Shown piece after piece: positions 53,601-64,000 of a stretch of DNA of 64,000 nucleotides. Source of the stretch: Laetmonice hystrix (taxonomy: Eukaryota); assembly GCA_965235115.1 (NCBI GenBank), contig OZ249445.1, positions 11,718,001-11,782,000 on the forward strand, given 5' to 3'. Each line of letters opens with the position of its first letter. The stretch's first letter is position 1. Under the pieces are notes generated by a model. That model saw nothing but the letters and a program-made list of their open reading frames with translations, was not told where the DNA came from and did not search any database. A program made the translations under genes and the position numbers.

Positions 53601-56600
53601 TCGTGTTTCATGTTGCCACCAATCTCCACCACAGGCTTACCGTTTGATACTCATCAGGACGGAGACCCCCATCGGATTATACATATCTCTTTACAACCTC
53701 TAAGCCATCTTAAATGCTATATAGTGTTCACGTCGTGCAGAGTTTGCTAGTCGGGGACGTCAATGGGGTTGGATGCATACCCGTTACAAGGTCATGGCTG
53801 ATGACTCTGCCCCAAAGGAATATAAATTGCTCTCCTACACCCCGGTGTGTACGAGGTGTTCAACTCTAGCTCTCCCCATCAGCTGTTTCACACGTCCCTC
53901 ACGCCCACAACTTACACCTATATACCCAAATGTATAGCAGAAACGGCCAAACGTTACGCACAGGTGCTGCTGACCCTTTGATGACGATACATATATGGGT
54001 CCTGTGGGACACGAGACAGGAGTTTGGTGGTGGTATGCCCCTTTATTGTCTGTCAACCTTCATTCCCCTAAATTACCCTTTATACGGAGTTAAACCTTCG
54101 CGCTAGTGTCTTTAAGCAGTTACAGTGTATTTCTATTCCAATGATCTGTCTTTTGAAGTTAAGGACATCGGGACCGTAGCAGATGCCCCGAATAGGGCTG
54201 AAAAGCAGGGACACACAAAGGCTGGGGGATTTAGCCGAACCCGTGCAGCTGCGGTGTCGACCGGTGGGCAAATTACGGCTGACACATGACGGAGCTTTTT
54301 CTCTGTCCGTGCGAGGCACGAAACAATGGATGCCAGCTCAGACGGGGTTAAGACTAGCCAGTCCATCACTCTCTTGTTCCCAAACCTCTGGCTTTATTTA
54401 CATCCACACCGAGATATATACATCAAACCCCATCCCCAAGCTATTTAGCCAGTCATGTTCGGCTGTCCACTTTTTTTCTGCCCATCCGTGGCTCATACTC
54501 GGTGGTCCATTCAGTATGGAATCACCTGCCGGATAAATAACTTTCAAATTGTATAAAGTAGAGCTGAGATAACGTGCTTGTTTGTACGCATCGACTTTGA
54601 CGTAACCATGTGATTGGGACTCACGGTTACGACCATTGTGTCCTTGACTGTCCCTTTCTGGGTAATTGGGTACGTAATTAACTTGGACTCCACTGGTCAA
54701 TGATAGATAGTCTATATCTAAAGAACTTAAACGGGCTTTTACCTGAAATAATCTACGTTTATAGAAACCCTCTGAGAGGTTCTCGACCAGGTTAAGCCAC
54801 ACTGTGCGTATACGCTCAAACATACGTTTGTGCCTACGTATAGGTGTGTACATAAGTATATATTTAGAATATACATTGGTATTCATGTTTGTATGTATTA
54901 TGTAGGCATATGTATCATACTGAGGGTTATAATACACCTCGATTATATTATAACGGTTAGGCTATGCACTCATAATACACAAGACGTATATATGGTAAAA
55001 CGAACAGGAAATATACACCTGTGCTTGGGAAGTATCAACTAAAGAAATCTGTTTTGAAACAACAGAGGGTTAGAATGTAATTGGGGTCAAAGCATAAAAT
55101 GAGGCAATCTATCTTAGGACATTGGTCAAACACATCTGAAAAGCGTGTAATTAAACGGAATAACAATAACTGTGTATAATATGCTAAACTTCCAGCCAAA
55201 TAAGTTTTGATTATAGTGGGAGACGACACATGCTCCCAGTGTGAATCCAATTATTGAGAAAGCTTCAAATCAAATAGGGTTCCAACCGGGTTGACCTAAA
55301 ACAACTACTTGAAACATTTGGTTCGAAAGAAGCGAACGGTTCCTCTTCAGTCGAGATGTGTTTGCGGTCAATGCAAAGGGAACTTCGCCTTTGTCCGCCC
55401 CACTTCCCAAACTGGCTTTCTGGTTCGGTTGAGAGGTGCTCTAGGTTGGGCTGAGAGGTAGGGTTTATAAATGTATGTCGGCGACATCACTTGTCACTTA
55501 TAGGTAGGCTTTCAGGGTCGTTCTCAGAGTGAGTTTGTGCTTTCTTATAGAGCACGTTTACAAAACACCTTGAAAGTTTAGTGCAGGCGGCGTTCACACG
55601 TCCGATATATAACGTGTAAGGGGGTCAGTTTGCACGACTGTCGTTTATACGGTGTACGGTTACACGACCGTCTGCCTGCATGATTATAAAGACACGGGTC
55701 ATCATTAAGGGTAGTTTTTCAGGTGCTGAAAGATCCTAAATGACAACAGCTCTCATCACTTCTGGCCTCCCCTTTATCACGCCATCCTTCCCGCAGTGCT
55801 TAGCACAATATAAACAGTTAAAAGCGAATTTGTAACCCGCATTGGCGTCATTGACCGCAGTGGCAAATCTAATGCGGTTTAAATGACGATTTATCATGGT
55901 GGCCGAAGCGCTGGTCATCTCGAGGTAGAGAAAGCACCAATGTGCTTTAAACGCTAACGTCGTTGGCCTATAGACTTGGAGACAATATCAGCTGAAGTGA
56001 AATGAGGAAATAAACGCACGCTGTGATTGCATATTCAAGTCTCTCCATTAGCCAAGAAAAAATACGCCATTTACTGGAATTCCTATCCCCGCCTCCACGC
56101 ATAGCTGTGTACTGTATGTGTATGGGCTTTGCTCTATGGCCTGCTTGGTTTGCGAATGGAGAACCTATATATAAAACTTCCTTATACCAGCTAAGGCCAT
56201 CTATAGCTTTCCGTTCTGGGGACCTACATTGAAAATTCTAACCGTCAGTGGCCGGTGTGAGTACTGCATTGTAAGCCCATTACGTGAACACCGATTTATT
56301 CTGTTTACATTCGTCTCAACGCGCTCTTGACGGCCGCTTAACTTACAATCACCAGCTCAAGGTGAACAGGACTCTCAACAAGCACGGCCACTAGTACCTG
56401 TAATACAGTCATTCTGATGAAAAACACAAACCGGTAAGCAAAGAGTGTGGCTTGTCGTCGACTCTGGCTGTATGTATTTAGGCTTGTTAAGCGGCCGACA
56501 ATGCAAACAGAAAACACCCGACAAGAAGCAGAACAGCAGCGCTGCTCGAGGCAATTGCGTTACTGACCGGCAGCCAAGTACAACAGCGCGGAAGCAGCGC

Positions 56601-57799
56601 TGGCGAGTAGGATGGTTGGAGACAATGATAGCAGCAGCATTGTCTCAGCATCTCTGGTCGGTGGATGAGGAGGAGAGTGGCTGACGGACTAAGACGCCCT
56701 CTGGAGATCGGCGTGACGATTAACCGTCCGATCGATATCCCAAGCCCGTCACACGGCGCTGGCTGCGGCGGGGGCTGGGGCCGGGGCCTGCCGAGCGGTA
56801 CGGTAGTTGGTTACGCATACACCTCCCCAGCCTCCGAGCCGTCCACACCCCCGCCTCGTCCGCTCCGTCTATCTATACAGGACATCCACAGCACCAGTAA
56901 AACCCACGGCCACATCCTCCAAACCACACCATATCATTGTTAACTATTACATGCCTCAAGGCAAATGCTTTGCAAAGTTTACACATTCCCGGTTTTTCTG
57001 AAGACAAAGACGCTTCTGTGAAGGGATTCAGTGTCTTCTTCATCTGTATAACGTTGCAAAAAATCCTCTTGTATCATTCTTGTTTTCTGGATGGGCAACA
57101 AGAACTGCACACCTAAGCAATTAAACTATACATGTACTAGTATAGACTACATCTATGGTTCTGCTAGAGGCCAATAGTATAAGACTAGCTGTCCGACCTC
57201 GTGGCCATGCATGCGTAGTGAGGCCCCCTGTAAAGACCGATGAATGAGCACTGTTTCGTGGATCACATTTGCATACGCTACTGGGTGTGAATATTTAAAT
57301 TAGCGGCCTGGGCCTTAAAGCAACGCGGTGAGCGGTCGTTTACGACATTTGCCGATGTTGGCGGGCAAGCGCACGCCCAGTGTGAGGAGGGCCGTGACTG
57401 GTCGGTGAATCGAGAAGAGGCCGTACGTCATAGGACGGTCCAAGTGTTACTCCAGCAGACCGTGCCAGCCACTAGCAGGGCCGCGGGGTAAGCCTTGCTA
57501 TAGTAGACACACATCCACTGGATGTGACGTGAACCCCACTTCGTCCACAGTATCATATCGTTGGCCGGCACCTCACCTCACTGGAGAAGGTTTAACATCC
57601 ACTTTTAGGTCTCAGTGCACAAATTCGGCCAACGCTTACGCTTGGACTCACTGGATAAATACAATAGTACGGCGACGATGTTGGCATTGAAAGGCTGAGG
57701 TCGAGCGTAAGTAAAATGGCCTTTCACGCATCTTGCTATGTCACCGACAGCCATCCCCTTCTTCCCACCTGGACCTGAACGGTGAAGGTACTTGCTTAC

Positions 57800-57965
57800 C
57801 CGGCGGCTGCTGAGCCCGGTTCCCGGCAGACGGTCCACCTAACCCGGGCAGGCACTACGGCCCGGGCGGCTGGACTTAGTGGCTCCGGGAAGCAGGAGTC
57901 AGGGGCTGGCGGGCCGGTCGGCCGCGCTCTCTCCCGGGCACCCCGAGCGGAGGGGTTCAAGTCAA
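57800..57965. promoter_or_regulatory. GC/CpG-rich island ~1.3 kb upstream of the candidate exon (possible promoter)
   Basis: Abrupt GC-rich block; a minus-strand donor-like CGG|GTAAGC at its left edge. Confidence 0.3.
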
Positions 57966-59214
57966 TTGGTCGTAAAGGAAGCTTAGAACGATTCAATCCA
58001 GGGACGACAGTACTGTGTTGCAATTAGGTATCAGTGTCCTTCTAGCTAAAGGAAATTCCACTGTGTTGCCCCGATGGGCCAGCCAAGGGCTGCTCTTTTT
58101 ACAGACAGCAACGAAAGGAGACCATCATACTATTCTTCCAGTACAGTGATTAAGAAATGTTTCTGGATGGACTGGCAAATCACACTGATCGACCCACTTA
58201 GGATTATTTTGTCTTGTAATGGGGTATAAACACTAGCCAGATAAGGTAACGTAGACTTACATTGTATGACAAGGGATGTGACATATCACCCATAGATTTA
58301 ACATACCACACTTGTATTAGACATTTCTGTAAACATAGTCAAGCATTGATGGTGTTTATCATTTTTAATTTACTTTTAGAAAGGCAACCGAAATTATTAT
58401 ATGAGACTTTATATAGAATATAGAGTATATAGAATTTAAGTCACCAATACTGACCCACATTTAAAATATACCTGAGCGAAAGACTCCACTTAATTCCACT
58501 TTCAGTATATCTTAAGATCATGGATGGGTCACTGCACACGATGCACTCATTCAAATTATAAAATGTTGAAGGTGATCCAAGTTTAGTACTGAGAGACAGA
58601 ATATGTTTACATTATCGAGACGGATCATCAATGATGGCGCCAGCAGTCTGATATATAGACATGCAGTTCCATATTTGGGTATTGATTTATCAAACACCTA
58701 CAGTGCATAACTGTATCATACATATGCACATATATGGTATGATGATGGGTGTGATCTAGAGATAACATCACATAAGTACAATATAAGTGTATTTATCTCA
58801 GTGGACGGGCCTATACACAAACCATTCCAAGTTTACATGCCCTTGGACTATAATACAGTGGCACTTGGTCCCAAGATGACACCTGTACATCCCTGAACAC
58901 GCTGGGATGTTACCACGTCGTTTGGTGGTCCGGGTATAGATGTATATGATCTATAACAACCCAAGTATACGAAAAGATGACACTGTCGTATCTATAATTT
59001 GTATGGCATACCAAATGGAAAACGATCCGTCAGAGCGCAGGGTGTAGGAGCACACCTAGGCCTACATACGATAGTATAAATATCGACTTATGCCTCATCA
59101 TCCGTGGTTCCATCCAACCTCTGTCACTTAGACCTCACTTTGACGACCTTTCAGTGAGTGTGATCACCACAACACCAAGCAAGCCTCAACTCGGCTTCTT
59201 TTATTTGATTACAG

Positions 59215-59488
59215 GTCCGAAACGAGAGTTATAACCAGTGAACATTCAATCGACGAGACTGAGAGAGAAACGTGTGCATCCAGACAGAGAGAGAGAGAGA
59301 AAGAGTAGCGAGAGGGACTCATTCCCCGGCTAAATAGTGGAAAGTCTAGAAGGACTCGTGATAATATATCACGTTGAACTTTCTTTTGGAGTTGTCCCAC
59401 CCAACCGTCAAAATTCAGCCCACGGTGGAGAGTCATTCTAATTCCACCTCTACCCCCTCTTCTGATTCCTCCGTCATGCCCGCTAAAG
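59215..59488 (+). other. Candidate 274-nt exon (5' UTR plus start codon)
   Basis: Acceptor cttcttttatttgattacAG|GTCCGA (AG at 59213-59214) and donor AAG|GTAAGT (GT at 59489). The interior is ATG-free until 59476 and contains a (GA)n tract. Confidence 0.55.
59476..59488 (+). CDS. Pax6: Short first coding segment (MPAK + 1 nt) ending at a phase-1 donor; tentatively the N-terminal M-P-x-K exon of a Pax6-type gene. Downstream coding exons lie outside the window.
   Basis: Sequence reads tccgtcATG CCC GCT AAA G|GTAAGT: G at -3, a perfect consensus donor, an in-frame upstream TAA at 59362-59364, and no ATG between 59161 and 59475. The architecture matches my recollection of zebrafish Pax6a (MPQK-E) and the end of human PAX6 exon 2 (ATGCCTCATAAAG|gt). 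The symbol rests on this motif alone; I found no paired-box exon in 59489-64000. Confidence 0.5.
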
Positions 59489-62400
59489 GTAAGTCCATTG
59501 CGTTTTTCTTCTGAAGGTTATAGGTTTTTTAAATAATTTGAAAGTAGTTTGGAGAGGTAGACGGGGTGGTGGGGTGCATGGGTGAATGCTGGGCCTGTTA
59601 CAGGCATGAGGCCGTTAGGCCTGCTGCGTTTGTTTTCAGTGAAACATTTGTTTTAGCACAACTACTTAGTACTTAGTGATCATGTATTATGTACAGTGTA
59701 CATAGATTAAAGCATGGGAGAGAGAGACAATCGTAGTGAAGGAGTCAATGATAGTGGAGAGAGGTTTTTAATGACAGCCCAGGCAGACAATGCGGTCCGG
59801 GGAAGGTGTGAGGCCGTGCGGTGTACGCCGCGGCAGGCACCGACCGTTAGAGCCGAGCCCGGCTAACCGCTGCTCCCCGCTAGGACCGGCCATATAAACG
59901 AACCGCCTGATCCTCGTCTCAATAGCCGCCCTCGTGGACCGATTGGACCCTCTTTGTAGCGGCTGTTGGCTGCAGCAGTTGCCATAATGGCAGATTTGCC
60001 GAGATTAGCGAACTACTATGGCGATCAAAGCCGCGGGTCGAGCCCCACTCGCCCCAACCCCCTTATAACCCTACGCTGACTTACGCACCGCAAAAATCCA
60101 TCCCTACTGGACCTCATTTTTTATTTCCATCCTCGTCTGCTGATCTTGACAAATGAAATACTCTGTCATCCGTCGAAAGCCAGAGGGATTCCCCGCCATC
60201 TTACCATGTGGCAAACTAATTATTAAATCAGACGCCATTTTAATTTGATTTTACCGCAGAGTAATACATACTAATTAATTTCGGCGGGAAGCATGGAGAG
60301 CATGGGCGTTGTGTTTGTTTGAGGTCAGGGGTTGGACGGCTGCAATATTAGAATCTGTCAGAGGCCTCGCCACTTGCCGGGATTACACACGAAATACGAC
60401 CGGCTGCATATTGGCCACTCGGGGGTCATGGCTTTCTCCAAATCTCCCTCTGAAAATTCACCCTGAAATATGTCCTGACCACCCTGGATGCTACTCTAAC
60501 TTAGAACGGGGCGCCGTTTAGATCATCTCAACGACTGTCTACGAGAATTAATTTCTGGCTTCTATATTTATGGGGCCGGTTAAGAAACGGTCCCGTCTGG
60601 GCAACTGAGGCTATAAGCTAAGCCCATTGCCGTGCCCGCTTAGCGGGAGGCCTCCATTTGACCTAGTGAATGTGTCGTGGACCATGGGGCTGTAGTACTG
60701 ACTGACTGACTGACCGAGCGGTCGGTCGGTCGGCCGGCTGACTGGCCGACTGTCGGCAGGCTCTCCCCGCCCCCAGTCGTGATCATCGCCTCGTTTGTGA
60801 ATCTCGGTCACAAAATACACCCTCAATCAACGAGCCGATTGACAAGATGGTAATCAGGACAGATAGAGAAATCGATGGTTGAAACTCGCCGTGCAGCCAA
60901 ATGATTTAAATTCTATCATTTATGGAATGCAGAAATAGCTGATCAATTTGACCCAGCAGTGGTAGGGTTGTGTGGGGCAGGAAGCAATGTTCGCTCTGAC
61001 TTGTCTCGGCATGTAACGTGAGGACGGTTGGATTTAGAGAGTATCATCTTGTTAGGGTTTCCTTATTGACGGCTGCGGTCGGAGCTGGCCGTGGACGGGG
61101 GGGAGCACGTATTAGGAGGGCGGGCTCGGGGGCGGACGGGGTCCGTTACGGAGCTTGCTGTGAGGTTCGCTGGCCTTTCGACCGATACGACCGCCGCTCG
61201 CATACATGTATCGGCCTTCACCAGCCCGCCCCCGCCGCCCGCTGAATATTGTCCCGTGTCAGCCGGGATTTCCCCAGTGCTCGTTCGAACCGGGACCTCT
61301 CACCTTCCATACTGGAGAAGTCGGGAAAGCAATCTACAAGTGTTGTCAGCGAATTGAGAAATGATGCGCAGATAAGGACTGCCAGCGATCTATTGCGGCC
61401 GGGGCCGAGCCCATCATCGCCCGGGCCGATAGTGATCACGAGCCGGTCACCGATCCGTCGAGCGCCGGCCCCAGAGCTGGGGCCCTTCCCGAGACGGACG
61501 CGTGGCACGACCTCACCCGCCCCGGGATGGCCGATCAGTCTTTATCCACCATGATCGAGGAAATTGTCTCCGTCGCTGTCCGCTTGTCGACAGCCAATCT
61601 GCGACTCGGCGCTCGTGCAGCATAAAATGAAGGCTGTCGGTGAATCTGAAATCAGCTTGACCGAGCTGTCATTCTCCTGTCTCCACTGATTCCCATGGCA
61701 TGCACACTCCTAACCTTAAGACCCTGGCCGGGAGACGGAACTTCTCCTGTTCACAATCATACATTTTAATTTCTGTCCACCCCACGTCTGGGGTAATTAT
61801 CCCTAAATCCGCACGTTAGCCATGGGCAGCACGGGAGGGCAGGCTCGACACTCACTAGCTAAGCTCGAGTAAGAGCCGCCTCCAACTCTGGCCTATACAG
61901 GAGTCCCCCTCTGGCTTCATTAAGGCAGTAAACAAAAGCCAGGATTTTTAACTACGCCCCTATTAGCTCTGATTGGCCGACAAATGAGGAAGCTATTTAT
62001 TTAGGTTATATTTCAATCAGACTGTGCCAGCATTGAGTGGAGTGGGAGCGCCACCATTGCCCTCGTCAGCCAACGGGAACTACCAAGCAATTGCCTACAC
62101 GTGGGTCTCAGCAGCGTTGATTCCCCAGGCATCATTGAAAGCCAATAGGGCAGTGACGCCGACAACTGATTATCTCTCGCCACCAACTTTCATGGAGAGG
62201 AAGCGTCATCATTGGCACTAAGCCTATCTGATTTAATGTTTTCCTTTAATTTGGAATTGGGTAACATCCAGGAAGGAAGACGGATTTAGTCCTCATTTCC
62301 ATTCTTGTAAAAACTATTGAGCAACTGTTTTTGATAGTGGTTGAGGTGTTGAAGGATATGTTACTTTGAATTCATGGGATTACTCTCAATAATGCAGAGA

Positions 62401-64000
62401 TATACATGGTTTCACATGAGAAGCAGAGTCTTACAAGCAGAAGTCAGATTTTACTTTGATGCATGCTTCCTTGAGTCTCCCACAAGACTGCACCACAGAC
62501 ATATAATTGCTGTGAATTGTAAACATATACATGAGACATGACTCTACATAGCCCTGATAGGTTCACGTACAGACGTAAACATGACCAATAAAAAGGGCTC
62601 ACCTTCCTGTCATAATAAAAGAGGCTCAGGAAGTGCTGCTCCCTGGAGCACGCCGATATACAACACATATACGGTTTGTGCCACGAGGTAATCAATAAAG
62701 CCCTGCGTTCTGATTACAAGGGGGCTCCTTACACACTTCACCACTTAGCTGGATCAAGGAAAACACCACAGAACCACCTATAACACTCCACCCCCTCACT
62801 GTGTCTCCTCTATATACCTTCTCCTATAGATTACATGCGCTAATCATAACTCGATCCCTTTGATTAACTTTCAGAGCATAGTTCAGAGGAAGATCCCAAG
62901 AAAAATAGACCAAAGAGAGGTAAGGACCATATGTTTTCCTTTTGGTTCATGTTTGAATGCTATAGGGAAAACATGTGGACGGCCGTACCTTTCGGGAGTA
63001 TTACAACGTATACCATCTTCAGTCTCTAAAATATTTATAAATATTTTTCATCATCCTCTTTTATACAAGTCAAAACATTGAGAGAAATTATAATCCTCAA
63101 GGAGGACATCCTGGATGCTAATATTCTAATCTCTGTTCGGTTCAGTAGATTGCCTTGACGTATGTATATACCCCGAATGCAGCCACCCACTCATTTATAG
63201 GTCCTATGCTATATATTTACAGTATATGGAGCCTATATTGCAACGTGTCTATTTTTCTATGGTTTTTTCCTTATGCTTGTTTATGCTTTTGCGGTGCCTC
63301 TATGCAAAGTCTTGTGTGCTTAGAGATGTATCGGTTGTGTATAGTCTAGTTGTATCTGATATCAGATATTGTGTGACACAACGTTTGAAACATACATGTC
63401 TATGTTTACAGTTATAGCCATTCATGCAAACATGTATTGTGTGGATTTTTAATCCCATATATTATGGTAGACACGGAAGTATTTGTTGCTATGGTATCAC
63501 ACGCCCCTCCGCCCTGTTAGATACATCGGTCACAAGCCTGGCGCTATCAGATTAATGCTCGACAAGCGCCAGCAACATTGTCCATTGGGCAGACAGGTTG
63601 TTTGTGGTGTAGAGGCGCCATTTGGAAACATGTGCGCTGACCCATTTCTGTCTGATTGAACACGGTTAACACAGGCAATGAGAGCAACCGGTGAGCTTTC
63701 ATGTGGTTGTAGAACATCTACGTCCCACTCTCACAATGTTACCGCGTATACTTCCCAATGTCATTGTCTCTGACTACTTCATCAACAATGTCTCTGTGTA
63801 AAAGGATCCTTCTGATAATGACGGGCTAAAACTGTTGCTCAAATAGGATGATTCATATAAGGTCATATTCCAGTTGTAGATCATTTCCCCTCGCAACTGT
63901 CAATCTATAATGTCACACAGACGCAGACATAAACACACAGACCTATTCATACACATTTAGTGATATCCATAAGCTTATAGGCCTGTATGTAAACTTCCAT

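Noticed and set aside
54398-54937. 179-aa minus-strand ORF
   Set aside because: Begins in RY-rich low-complexity DNA and has no recognisable motif; one ORF of this length is plausible by chance in six frames of 64 kb. A BLASTp would settle it.
57723-57732. TTCACGCATC matching the Pax6 paired-domain binding core
   Set aside because: A match of this length is expected by chance at roughly 0.4 per window; not informative alone.

Overview
This is eukaryotic (metazoan) genomic DNA that is almost entirely non-coding. I found no bacterial-type genes, operons, rRNA, intact tRNA or CRISPR array. The longest ORF in the track is 200 aa, and none of the tracked ORFs resembles a protein family I recognise. 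The best gene signal is one + strand exon near the right end (about 59215-59488). It has a pyrimidine-rich AG acceptor, an ATG-free GA-rich leader, and ends ATG CCC GCT AAA G|GTAAGT (MPAK plus a phase-1 intron). This matches the short M-P-x-K exon I recall preceding the paired box in Pax6 genes. The paired box is not in the window, so the assignment is tentative. If it holds, the preceding ~59 kb is a gene-desert-like regulatory region. That region contains GC-rich islets, homeodomain-site clusters, CTCF/RFX-like motifs, three inverted-repeat non-autonomous DNA transposons (one composite), a 21-copy 59-bp minisatellite, microsatellites and G-rich tracts. The palindromes TAGGCCTA and TACATGTA are over-represented, a style I associate with marine invertebrate bilaterians (inference only). 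I found no convincing evidence of a novel coding system.
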